A DNA stretch of 30,543 bases from Deltaproteobacteria bacterium (lineage in GTDB: Bacteria > Myxococcota_A > UBA796 > CAJQPC01): the NCBI GenBank assembly GCA_016717595.1, contig JADKFE010000010.1, forward strand, positions 113,031 through 143,573, in the 5' to 3' direction. Under the pieces are notes generated by a model, which made no database searches, was not told the DNA's origin, and worked only from the letters and a program-made list of their open reading frames with translations. Numbering within the stretch: the first letter of the stretch is position 1; each line of letters opens with the position of its first letter. The translations under genes were made by a program, and so were the position numbers. Positions 1 to 8,516 of the stretch are shown one piece after another.

Positions 1-1472
1 GCCTTGGCCGAGAGGCTCATCTCTTTGACGTCGATGACCACCTCGGGGTGGGCCGGCATCTGCTCGGAGATCTCTTTGAGTAAGCTCAAGACCGGCGGAT
101 CTTGGCCGACGACGGCGGAGAGCGCCTCTACCCGGGCCCGGAGCGCGTCGTTCTTCTCCAGCAGGATCGTGCGGGCCATGCCCGGCTGCTTGGCGCGATC
201 CGCGGTGACCTCGGGGAACGCCCCGGTGACCAGCCCGGCGATCTCCTCTTGCACCGCGTCGGTGTCTTGGGAGAGGCCCACGGCGCGAACGGCGAACATC
301 GCCAAGGCCGCCACGGCGAAGAAGCCCACGGCGACGAGCGCGTAGCCCATCGCCGAGCGAAGGATCGCGACGTCTCCCCGAAACGCGAACTCTCCTTGGC
401 GAAAAGACAGGCTCGTGCCGCCCGCCGCGGCGCGCTGGGCGACGGCCTGGGCCAAGGCGAGGCGCGGCGCGTCCATCGCCACCGCCAAGCTGCCGCTCAG
501 CTCAACCCGGCGCACGGGCACGCCGAGCTCGGCGGCGAGCAGCTCAGGCAGCCCGCCCAGAAGCGCGCCACCCCCGCACAGCACCAGCTCATCAATGCCG
601 ACGCCCAGCTCATCCTCTAAGCCGATGAGCGAGCCACGAAGCTCGGCGAGCCAAGGGGTGATCCCGTCACGCAGGGCGGCCAGGGCCTTCTCGAGATCCG
701 GCGGCGCGGCCTGGCCCGAGGGGGTGACCTGCTCGTCGGGCGCCTCGGGGGCGACGGAGATCGCCTCCGGGCGCATCGCCCCGCCGAGGTGCAGGCCGAG
801 CTTGAGCGCCTCGGCCTCTTCATCGGGCAAGGTGAGCGCCTGGGCCAACGCCACGGTGAGCGCGCCGCCGCCAAAAGAGAGCGCGCGGGCGCCCAAGGTC
901 TGGCCGTCGCGGGCGACGGAGAGCAAGGTGCGGGAGTGGCCCACATCGACCACGGCGGTGACGCCGGGCCCGCGGGCCAAGGCCCCCAAGGCGTCGGTGT
1001 CGAGCATCACGAGGCGAGGGTCTACGTCGATGGCGTCTAAGCCGCCGAGCAGGGCGCCGACCTCAGCCTTGGGCGCCAGCGCCGCGAACACCCGGGCGCC
1101 GCCGCCCCGAAGCTCGGAGATGCGCCAGTCGAGCAAAAAGTCGGCGAGGTCGAAGGGCACGAGGCCCTCCAGCTCAAAGGGCAGGGCCCGGCCGATCTGC
1201 TCGCGGTCGGCGAAGGGCATGTCCACGAGGCGCACGGAGACGCTCTCTGCGCCCAGGGACGTCGCCCACAGCGCGCCCTCTTGAGGCCCGAGGTCTTGCA
1301 GCAGCGCGTCTAAGGCCGCGAGGCGCGCGCCCAGAGGCGAGGCCGTCGCGCCGGAGACGGCGACGGGGCGGCTGCGCTGCTCTAGACTCTCGCCGCCGCG
1401 CCCAGAGCGCGCGCCGCTGAGCACCAGCTTGACGCTGGAGGAGCCGAGGTCGATGGAGATCACGGAGGCCAT
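1..1472 (-). CDS. gspL: T2SS GspL-like assembly protein: PilM/actin-like cytoplasmic domain, one TM helix, periplasmic domain. The 3' end is truncated by the window start. It is absent from the ORF track; the ORF stays open to position 1.
   Basis: Hand translation of the reverse complement from the ATG at 1472-1470 gives MASVISIDLGSSSVKLVLSG..., the FtsA/PilM/GspL N-terminal signature. Later segments read VVDVGHSRTLLSV and GGGAL, then the TM helix AMGYALVAVGFFAVAALAMFAV and a periplasmic tail ...LSLLKEISEQMPAHPEVVIDVKEMSLSAK. It lies 19 nt downstream of gspK in the same operon. Segments 1-480 and 841-1140 were checked codon by codon. Confidence 0.7.
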   Translation of the reverse strand, partial: MASVISIDLGSSSVKLVLSGARSGRGGESLEQRSRPVAVSGATASPLGARLAALDALLQDLGPQEGALWATSLGAESVSVRLVDMPFADREQIGRALPFELEGLVPFDLADFLLDWRISELRGGGARVFAALAPKAEVGALLGGLDAIDVDPRLVMLDTDALGALARGPGVTAVVDVGHSRTLLSVARDGQTLGARALSFGGGALTVALAQALTLPDEEAEALKLGLHLGGAMRPEAISVAPEAPDEQVTPSGQAAPPDLEKALAALRDGITPWLAELRGSLIGLEDELGVGIDELVLCGGGALLGGLPELLAAELGVPVRRVELSGSLAVAMDAPRLALAQAVAQRAAAGGTSLSFRQGEFAFRGDVAILRSAMGYALVAVGFFAVAALAMFAVRAVGLSQDTDAVQEEIAGLVTGAFPEVTADRAKQPGMARTILLEKNDALRARVEALSAVVGQDPPVLSLLKEISEQMPAHPEVVIDVKEMSLSAK

Positions 1473-1491
1473 AGGCTTGAATCCTTCAGGT

Positions 1492-2739
1492 CTACTCTAC
1501 CCGCCAGTAACGAACGCGGCCCTGGGCGGACGAGGAGAAGTCGAAGACGGCGGTGATCGACGCGCTGGTGTCGCCCACCTGCCCCGTAGACTGAACGGTG
1601 AACACGCTGCTCTTAAACTTGATCGCGTTCTGGAGCTTCTGCTCGTCGAGGAGCGTGAGGCTTTGGTTCTTGATCCAGTCGGCGAAGTCTTTGGGTTTGC
1701 TCGGGATGAGGATGGAGCTGTCGAGCTCCCACTGCTGGATCAGGCGCTCCAGCTCAAAGTCCGACGGCGGCGGCGTGACGTGGGTCTTGAGCAAGGCCTC
1801 CAACATCTCCGGGCTCGCCGTGAGCAGGTTGATCTTGCCGTCCCCATAGAGCGTGAGGTTCGCCCCGAAGCGGTCCATCACGTCGTCTTGCCAGCCCTCG
1901 ACCAGCCGAATCTCCTCCATCGTGTCAAACGGGCCGTTCTTCGAGAGATACGGCGGCTCAAACCGTTGGTAGAGGCTGTCCTCATAGCCGCCCTGGGCCG
2001 TGCAGCGCGTCGTGTCGAGGTCGATCCAGTCCGTGAGGTTCGCGATGAGCTCCCAGCGGTCGAGGTTCCGCTCGTAGAACCACTGGTCGTTCTCTTGGCC
2101 CGACATCAGGCCGAAGAGCGCCTGGGCCATCGGATCTTGCTGGAGCGTCGCGAAGCTGCACACCCCGCCGTCGCAGGTCTTGCCCAACATCGAGACGTTG
2201 ATCTTCTGCTCTTCGTCCGTGATCTCGGCGTAGAAGTCGCCCTCGAAGTCCAAGAAGCCCTTGTCGGCGAAGCGGCTCTCCTCGCGGCTCTCTTCAGCGA
2301 TCTCATCCGAGACCTGACCGGCCTGGGCCATGGCCTTGACCTCGTCCTCGTCCACCGAGCCGCCGCCCACCAACAACATACGCATCAGGGGCGTGTTGAT
2401 CGGCGGGATGAGCTGCCAGAGCGCCCCGAAGGTGGAGGGGATGCCCTGATCCGCCATCTGGCGGTCGGCGATGAGGATGAGCTGGTACAGGCCCACGCCG
2501 CTTCTGGCGAGCCAATACGCCCCGGCCTCGTCTCGACCGTGGGCGCTCATCACCAGGCGCACCCGGGCGGTGTAGTTGATCTCCGTGACGAGGATCGTCA
2601 TGAACGCGATGGTCGTGATCGCCATCAAGAGCGCGACGCCCCGGCGGCTGCCCCGGCGGCGGGCGGCGCCATAAAACGGGTGCCCCGTGAGGCCACGCGG
2701 CAGGGTCAGAAACCGCCAGATCGTGCGTAGTGTGGTCAT
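1492..2739 (-). CDS. gspK: T2SS minor pseudopilin GspK
   Basis: The ORF track gives the 422-aa ORF 1492..2760. The likely start is the internal ATG at 2739, which gives an ATGA overlap with the gspJ stop. A hydrophobic prepilin-like N-terminal segment (GVALLMAITTIAFMTILVTEI) sits after an RRG leader. At ~415 aa it is larger than typical GspK. It is the last pseudopilin in the operon. Confidence 0.75.
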   Translation of the reverse strand: MTTLRTIWRFLTLPRGLTGHPFYGAARRRGSRRGVALLMAITTIAFMTILVTEINYTARVRLVMSAHGRDEAGAYWLARSGVGLYQLILIADRQMADQGIPSTFGALWQLIPPINTPLMRMLLVGGGSVDEDEVKAMAQAGQVSDEIAEESREESRFADKGFLDFEGDFYAEITDEEQKINVSMLGKTCDGGVCSFATLQQDPMAQALFGLMSGQENDQWFYERNLDRWELIANLTDWIDLDTTRCTAQGGYEDSLYQRFEPPYLSKNGPFDTMEEIRLVEGWQDDVMDRFGANLTLYGDGKINLLTASPEMLEALLKTHVTPPPSDFELERLIQQWELDSSILIPSKPKDFADWIKNQSLTLLDEQKLQNAIKFKSSVFTVQSTGQVGDTSASITAVFDFSSSAQGRVRYWRVE

Positions 2740-3464
2740 TGGGCCGTCCCCGGCACACACTCGGCGCGTTTGCCGTACTCCAGGATCACCGTCGTCGCGA
2801 AGGCGCGCTCTAGGGTGACGTCCTCCTCGACGGGGTCGTCCATGAGCATGATGAGCACGATCTGCACCGCCCGAGGCAAGGCGTTTGTCTGCCCTGACTC
2901 AATCGAACGGTCGTCCCAGTCGTCTTGCCACTCGCAGGTCGTGGAGTTTAACGAGCGCACCTGGAACGACTTCACGCCATACGCCAGGGGCAAGATCGGG
3001 CCGTCTTTGTCGGTGAGGTGGTCGATGCGTTGGGCCTCACGCATGAGGAGCACCTGGGCGCCGCGCCGGTTGGGATCGGGCTCACCCCAGATCGTGAACT
3101 CCGTCTGGTCAGACTCTCGGGTGTTTCGATACAGTCGTTGGTGGGCGAGGCTGGTGAACCACAAGGTGTCTACGGGGTTGTCGTCCCGGGTGGCGAACCG
3201 TGTGACGTAGGTGTTGACCGTCTGCAGGTTGCTCGTGAGGTAGGCGAGCTGCAGGCTGCGGGTGATGCGCTGCAAGGCCACCCGGGCGGACTGCTGCAGC
3301 TCATCTTCAGCGTCGAGGATGTCCCGGGCCTGCACGGTGCTGGCGATGGACTGCCAGGCCATCACACCCAGCACAGACAGCACAGAGATCGCCACCATGA
3401 CCTCCACCAAGGTCATGGCGCGGCGCAGGAGCCTCGGCTTACGAAGGGGGCGTTTGACCATCAT
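2736..3464 (-). CDS. gspJ: T2SS minor pseudopilin GspJ
   Basis: Prepilin-type N-terminus LRRA|MTLVEVMVAISVLSVL with E at position +5. The ATG overlaps the gspI stop (ATGA). Its position is between gspI and gspK. Confidence 0.75.
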   Translation of the reverse strand: MMVKRPLRKPRLLRRAMTLVEVMVAISVLSVLGVMAWQSIASTVQARDILDAEDELQQSARVALQRITRSLQLAYLTSNLQTVNTYVTRFATRDDNPVDTLWFTSLAHQRLYRNTRESDQTEFTIWGEPDPNRRGAQVLLMREAQRIDHLTDKDGPILPLAYGVKSFQVRSLNSTTCEWQDDWDDRSIESGQTNALPRAVQIVLIMLMDDPVEEDVTLERAFATTVILEYGKRAECVPGTAQ

Positions 3465-4171
3465 CGTAGCCCGTCACAGCCGACGCCTACGGGGCCGTCG
3501 GCGCCTTGGTCGCCGGTGACGACGTTGGCCTTGGGGTTGATGACGTGGGTGACCAGCTCGACCTGCTGATCTTCGTCTTCGTTCTCGCCCCACCACACGA
3601 TCACCCGCACCTCCCGCATAAACGGCGAGAGCTTCTCGGTGAGCATGTCGTTGGAGATGCCGAGATCCTCCAGATCGGGCTGGTTCTGTGTAGGATCAAA
3701 CCCAGAGGCCGACGAGCCGCTCTGCTGGGCCTCTTGATCGGCGCCGGGCATGAGCCCCATGCCCTCCAGATCCCCCATCAACGAGCCCACGTCGCCGCTG
3801 ATCTCTAGCTTGACCTCTCGCACGGTGTAGGCCCAGCGGAAGTCCTCAAAGGCCTCCTCGTTGAGCTTCTCTAGCTCACCGTCTAGCCCGCCGGCCTCGT
3901 AGCCGCCGAAGATGCCTTGGTCGAAGTCCCCTTCAGCCTCGATGTCTTGCTCTTGAATGCCCGCGGACTCCATACACAGGAGCGCCTGGTTCATCTTCTC
4001 TTGGGCCAGCGCCGTGGCGGTCATGATGCGGTCGGACTGTGTGGTCATCATCACCGCCGTGGACTGGCTGTCCACGAGCACGACCATCGCCGTGACGAGG
4101 ATGCCCAAGGCGACCATGACCTCTAAGATCGTGAATCCGCGGCGCCGCGCTGTATGGATTGGGTGAGTCAT
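3461..4171 (-). CDS. gspI: T2SS minor pseudopilin GspI, with an acidic C-terminal extension
   Basis: RRRG|FTILEVMVALGILV prepilin motif. ATGA overlap with the gspH stop. At 236 aa it is about twice the usual GspI length, with an acidic low-complexity tail. Confidence 0.75.
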   Translation of the reverse strand: MTHPIHTARRRGFTILEVMVALGILVTAMVVLVDSQSTAVMMTTQSDRIMTATALAQEKMNQALLCMESAGIQEQDIEAEGDFDQGIFGGYEAGGLDGELEKLNEEAFEDFRWAYTVREVKLEISGDVGSLMGDLEGMGLMPGADQEAQQSGSSASGFDPTQNQPDLEDLGISNDMLTEKLSPFMREVRVIVWWGENEDEDQQVELVTHVINPKANVVTGDQGADGPVGVGCDGLR

Positions 4172-5100
4172 GGCTGCTCAAGCTCCGGGCCCTCATCAGG
4201 CAGCCAGCTCGTCGCGTCTTCAGGGCGACGCTCCTCCTCCATGATGTTCACCCGGCCCGAGACGGGCTCCACCTCGATGGTGTAGCCCTCTTCAGGATCA
4301 TCTTCAGACACGATCCGGATGAGCGTGTACTCCACCGTGCCGTTGGGGAAGATGTAGGTGTAGGCCATCGTGCCCAGCTCACCCTCCTCCAGAGGGTCCT
4401 CTTCAAGATCACGAGAGGGGGCGACGGGCTCGGCGTACTGCGGCGTCCACACCCAGGCGAAGATGGTGCCTTCAGGCAAGGCCACCGGGCCCAACAGCGC
4501 GGGGTCGGCGAGGCCCGCGGCGCGCGCGGCCACGTCGCCGCCGCTGCCCGACTCAACGGGGCCGTCGTCTGTGGGGGGTGGCGGCGGCGCGGCGGCGTCT
4601 TCCCCTTCGGCGTTCTCGGCGTTGTCCCCTCCCCCGCCAGTGAACAGCGCGCTGATGCCCTGAAAGCTCAGGAGCCCAGCGTCATCGCCGTCTTCCCCGG
4701 CGCCCTCCTCCCGCTCACGCTCCGTCGTCGAGGCGAGCTTGTCCTCAAGCGCGTCCTCGTAAGCGACACGCTCATCGGGGGTCAGAAAGATGAGCGTGCG
4801 GGGGTCGCCGACCTGGACCTCGTAGGTGCGTTTGTCGAGATCAAACGCCACGCGGAAGGTGACGTTTCGTAGGGCGGCCTCATCCCGAAGGTACTTAAAG
4901 GTGATGCCCAGGTTTTTTGCGGCGGCGGACTGCTCCATGAGCAAGAAGCCGTTGAGCGCGGGCAGGGCCACGGCGCCGATCATCAGGATAATCGCGATGA
5001 CGACGGCGATCTCGATGAGCGTCATGCCCACCCGCCCACGCCGAAGCCCGCCGCGTCTGTGCGCGGGGCGGGTCGGCAGCGTGGGCGGGCTGCGGTGCAT
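4168..5100 (-). CDS. gspH: T2SS pseudopilin GspH-like, with a large acidic/Gly-rich insertion
   Basis: RVG|MTLIEIAVVIAIILMIG prepilin motif after a 25-aa basic leader. 310 aa against the usual ~170-190. Its start codon shares one base with the gspG stop (TGATG). Confidence 0.7.
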   Translation of the reverse strand: MHRSPPTLPTRPAHRRGGLRRGRVGMTLIEIAVVIAIILMIGAVALPALNGFLLMEQSAAAKNLGITFKYLRDEAALRNVTFRVAFDLDKRTYEVQVGDPRTLIFLTPDERVAYEDALEDKLASTTEREREEGAGEDGDDAGLLSFQGISALFTGGGGDNAENAEGEDAAAPPPPPTDDGPVESGSGGDVAARAAGLADPALLGPVALPEGTIFAWVWTPQYAEPVAPSRDLEEDPLEEGELGTMAYTYIFPNGTVEYTLIRIVSEDDPEEGYTIEVEPVSGRVNIMEEERRPEDATSWLPDEGPELEQP

Positions 5101-5513
5101 CAGTTCTTGAGCTCGGCGGAGTTGATGTCGGCGTCGTAGTCCTCGCCGCCCTCGACGCCATCGGCGCCCAAGGAGACGATCTCGTAGCCACGGCCGCTGG
5201 CGGTGTAGATGAACTCGTTGCCCCAGGAGTCTTTGGGCACCGCGCCGTCGGGGAAATACTTCGCCGCGGCGGCGAGGCCTTCAGAGGTGGTGGGGAACTT
5301 GCCCTTCTTCGCCGCGGCGTACATGCCGAGGTTCTTGTCGATCTGCTGCATCGTGAGCTTGGTCGTCTCGACGTTCGCCTTGGCGAAGTTGTCGGCGACG
5401 GCGAAGCCGACGATGCTCATCATCGTGCCGATGATGGCGATGACGACCATGATCTCCACCAGGGTCATGCCCCGGCGACGGCGCCCTAGCGCGCTGGCGA
5501 GGTTCTTCCGCAT
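5100..5513 (-). CDS. gspG: T2SS major pseudopilin GspG
   Basis: MRKNLASALGRRRRG|MTLVEIMVVIAIIG followed by a conserved GspG body (...FPTTSEGL...YEIVSLGADG). A strong AAGGAG Shine-Dalgarno lies 6-7 nt upstream of the ATG. Confidence 0.9.
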   Translation of the reverse strand: MRKNLASALGRRRRGMTLVEIMVVIAIIGTMMSIVGFAVADNFAKANVETTKLTMQQIDKNLGMYAAAKKGKFPTTSEGLAAAAKYFPDGAVPKDSWGNEFIYTASGRGYEIVSLGADGVEGGEDYDADINSAELKN

Positions 5514-5529
5514 GAGGGTGCTCCTTTGT

Positions 5530-5556
5530 GTTGAGTGATTGGTTGAGACGGTTGAG
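5530..5556 (-). repeat. Three direct CTCAAC repeats (GTTGAG on the + strand at 5530-5535, 5542-5547, 5551-5556) in the 54-nt gspF-gspG spacer, just upstream of the gspG SD
   Basis: Direct reading of 5521-5567: ...tgTTGAGtgattgGTTGAGacgGTTGAGggggag.... This is the only real intergenic gap in an otherwise overlapped operon. Confidence 0.5.
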
Positions 5557-5567
5557 GGGGAGTCCGC

Positions 5568-6806
5568 TCACCGGGCGATGGCGGACATGTTCATCATCGG
5601 GAGCATGATGGCGATGGCCACGAAGGCGACGATGCCGCCCATGGCCAAGATGAGCACCGGCTCCAGGAGGCTCGTGAGCGCGCCGACCATGTTGTCGACC
5701 TCCGAGTCATAGGCGTCAGCCACTTTACCCAGCATAGACTCTAGCTCACCCGTCCGCTCGCCGATGGCGATCATGTGGGTCACGATGGGCGGGAACTGGC
5801 CGCTGGCCTTGAGCGGACCCGCCAAAGACTCACCTTCAGTGACGTTTTTGCTGGCCTCCACCACGGCCTTCTCGATGACCTTGTTGTTGACGACCGTGGC
5901 GACGATGCCCATGGCGCTCAAGATCGGCACGCCGGAGTTCAACAGCGTAGACATCGTGCGGCAGCAGCGTGAGACGGCGACGAGGCGGTTGAGCCGCCCG
6001 AAGATCGGCACCTGGAGCAGATACCCGTCAAACTTGAACCGCCCTTCTGGGGTGGTGACCCACCGACGGAAGAAGAAGGCCGCCGCCCCCGCGAGCAGAA
6101 AGAACGCCCACCAGTAGCCGACGACCACGTCGGACACCCCCAAGAGCGCCCGGGTGATGAACGGCAGGCTCTCGCCGAAGGTGTCGAACACCCGGCGGAT
6201 CTTGGGGATGACAAACACGAACAGGCCGAGCACGATGCCCAGGCCCACAAGCGTCATCAGCACCGGGTAGATCATCGCCGAGATGAGCTTGCCCTGGAGC
6301 TTCACCTGGCTCTCGGTGTACTCCGCGAGGCGCAGCAGCACCACGTCCAAGGCCCCAGACGTCTCTCCGGCGCGCACCATGTTGACGTACAGATCGGAGA
6401 AGATGTTCTTGTGGTCCCGCATGGCCTGGGCCAAGGTGCTGCCCTCGTTCACCTTGTCGCGCACCTCGGCCAGGACCACCCGCAGCTTGGGGTTCTCGAC
6501 CTGGTCAATCATGGCGCTGAGCGCCTCGACCATGGGGATGCCCGCGCCCACCAAGGTGGAGAGCTGGGAGGTCAACGACGAGAGATCCTGCGCGCTCACC
6601 CGCTGGAAATACTTCGAGAAGTCGATCTGGATGTTGATGCCTTTGCCGCGCACACCGCCCGCTTTGGCGTTCTGCTCGACGACATCGGTGGGGAAGACGC
6701 CCTGCTTGCGCAGCTTGGCCCGGGCGTTCTTGGCGCCGTCCGAGTCCACGCTGCCCGAGACGGCCTTGCCCGCGGCGTCAAATCCTTTGTATTCGAAGAC
6801 GGCCAC
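5568..6806 (-). CDS. gspF: T2SS inner-membrane platform protein GspF
   Basis: 412 aa with typical GspF/PilC sequence and TM pattern. GTG start 3 nt after the gspE TAA stop. Confidence 0.9.
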   Translation of the reverse strand: MAVFEYKGFDAAGKAVSGSVDSDGAKNARAKLRKQGVFPTDVVEQNAKAGGVRGKGINIQIDFSKYFQRVSAQDLSSLTSQLSTLVGAGIPMVEALSAMIDQVENPKLRVVLAEVRDKVNEGSTLAQAMRDHKNIFSDLYVNMVRAGETSGALDVVLLRLAEYTESQVKLQGKLISAMIYPVLMTLVGLGIVLGLFVFVIPKIRRVFDTFGESLPFITRALLGVSDVVVGYWWAFFLLAGAAAFFFRRWVTTPEGRFKFDGYLLQVPIFGRLNRLVAVSRCCRTMSTLLNSGVPILSAMGIVATVVNNKVIEKAVVEASKNVTEGESLAGPLKASGQFPPIVTHMIAIGERTGELESMLGKVADAYDSEVDNMVGALTSLLEPVLILAMGGIVAFVAIAIMLPMMNMSAIAR

Positions 6807-6809
6807 AGC

Positions 6810-8516
6810 TTACTCCAGCGCGTCTTCCTGGGTGATTCGCATGATCTCCTCAAACGAGGAGGCCCCTTCAAACACCTTGCGGACGCCGTCATCACGCAGG
6901 GTCTTCATGCCGTCGGCCAAGGCGGCCTTGCGGATGGTGCCCGCGTCTTTGCCCTGCATCACCAAGGCGCGCACGGAGTCCGTCACCACGAGGATCTCGT
7001 AGATGCCGGTTCGGCCCTTGTAGCCGGTGCTCAGGCAGGCCGCGCAGCCCTTGGCCCGGTACACCGTCTGACCGACCAGAGAGGCCCGGGTGAGGCCAAG
7101 CTCACGCAGCTCCAAGTCGCTCGGGTCGTAGACCTCCTTGCAGCTTGGGCAGAGCCGCCGCACGAGGCGCTGGGCGAGCACCATCAACAGCGAAGACGAC
7201 ACCAAGAAGGGCTCGACGCCCATGTCGGTGAGCCGGGGGAACGCGCCAGCGGCGTCGTTCGTGTGCAGTGTGCTGAACACGAGGTGGCCGGTGAGCGAGG
7301 CTTGCACGGCGTTGTCGGCCGTCTCCTTGTCGCGGATCTCACCGACGAGGATGACGTCGGGATCCTGGCGGAGGTGGGCGCGCAGGGCGCTGGCGAAGGT
7401 GAGGTCGATCTTGGGGTTGACCTGGGTTTGGCCAACGCCACGAAGCTCGTACTCAATGGGGTCCTCGATGGTGAGGATGTTGAGATCCGGCGCGTTGATC
7501 TCGGCGAGGGCCGAATACAGCGTCGTCGTCTTGCCCGAGCCCGTGGGGCCGGTGACCAAGATGATGCCGTGGGGCCGCTGGATGTAGCTGCGGAAGGTCT
7601 CCAGGTTGGCCTTGGCCATGCCCACGGCGTCCAGAGAGAACACCGAGCCCTTCTCCAAGATACGCATGACCACCCGCTCGCCGTGGCGCACGGGCAAGGT
7701 GGACACACGAAGGTCTACCTCGCGGCCCGCCATACGAATCCGGATGCGGCCGTCCTGGGGGATACGTTTCTCGGCGATGTTCAGACCGGCCATGATCTTG
7801 ATACGCGACACGATCGAGGCCTGCAGCCGGGGCGGCGGCTTCACGATCTCATACAGAACGCCGTCGATGCGGAAGCGGACGTTCAGCTCTTTCTCAAACG
7901 GCTCGATGTGAATGTCAGACGCGCGGTCTTTGATGGCCTGGGTGAGCAGGGTGTTCACGAAGCGGATGATCGGCGCCTGGTTGGGATCATCGAGGATGTC
8001 GTCTTGGAGGTTGAGATCGCCCTCTAAGTCGCCCTCTTTCTCCTCACGCACCTCCTCCAGCACCGCTGATGCGCTGCGGGAGGCCTTGTCAAACGCCTTG
8101 TTGATCGCGTTGCGCAGCTCATCGGCGGGCACGAGCACGGCCTGAATCGGCTTACGCAGCATCACCCGCAGATCGTCCGCCGAGGGCAGCGTCGCCGGGG
8201 AGGCGATGGCCACGAGCACCCGGCCGTTCTCCTCCCAAAGCGGCAAAAAGCCCTTCTCGCGGGCGAGGCCGAGGGGCAGCGCGCGCACGACGTCGAGATC
8301 GAGGCGATCGAGGTTGATCGTCTCCATCACCGGCAGGCCGCTGATGACGCTCAGGCTGTGCGCCAAGGCCGACTTGGAGAGGCCGTCCGCGCGCTGAAAC
8401 GCCTCCAGAAGCGGCATCTCGTTCTTGGTCGCGACGCCTTCAGCCTCCTTGACGCGCTGGGCGGTGACCCCAGCCTCGACCAACAGCTCGGAGAGCTCCC
8501 GGCGGCGAATGCTCAC
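6810..8516 (-). CDS. gspE: T2SS ATPase GspE
   Basis: Walker A GPTGSGKTTT, a GspE N1 domain, and the C-terminal tetracysteine pair CPSC...CAAC. The GTG start overlaps the gspD stop (GTGA). Confidence 0.92.
   Translation of the reverse strand: MSIRRRELSELLVEAGVTAQRVKEAEGVATKNEMPLLEAFQRADGLSKSALAHSLSVISGLPVMETINLDRLDLDVVRALPLGLAREKGFLPLWEENGRVLVAIASPATLPSADDLRVMLRKPIQAVLVPADELRNAINKAFDKASRSASAVLEEVREEKEGDLEGDLNLQDDILDDPNQAPIIRFVNTLLTQAIKDRASDIHIEPFEKELNVRFRIDGVLYEIVKPPPRLQASIVSRIKIMAGLNIAEKRIPQDGRIRIRMAGREVDLRVSTLPVRHGERVVMRILEKGSVFSLDAVGMAKANLETFRSYIQRPHGIILVTGPTGSGKTTTLYSALAEINAPDLNILTIEDPIEYELRGVGQTQVNPKIDLTFASALRAHLRQDPDVILVGEIRDKETADNAVQASLTGHLVFSTLHTNDAAGAFPRLTDMGVEPFLVSSSLLMVLAQRLVRRLCPSCKEVYDPSDLELRELGLTRASLVGQTVYRAKGCAACLSTGYKGRTGIYEILVVTDSVRALVMQGKDAGTIRKAALADGMKTLRDDGVRKVFEGASSFEEIMRITQEDALE

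Noticed and set aside
1429-2730. A 433-aa + strand ORF, and similar long + strand ORFs at 415-1284 and 102-620
   Set aside because: Their Arg/Pro/Ala/Gly-rich composition is typical of off-frame or antisense reading of high-GC coding DNA. They lie opposite the recognisable gspK and gspL genes.
6411-8027. A 538-aa + strand ORF, and others at 6283-7002, 7138-7587 and 8693-9313
   Set aside because: Antisense shadows of gspE, gspF and gspD. They have no motifs and an Arg/His/Gly-rich composition.
6810-8516. A possible MshEN-type c-di-GMP-binding motif in the GspE N-terminus (RRRELSELLVEAGVTAQRVKEA)
   Set aside because: The spacing is off by one residue relative to the RLGxxLLxxG(L/I/V) consensus, and the glycine at position 3 is missing. 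This is not enough to claim c-di-GMP binding.
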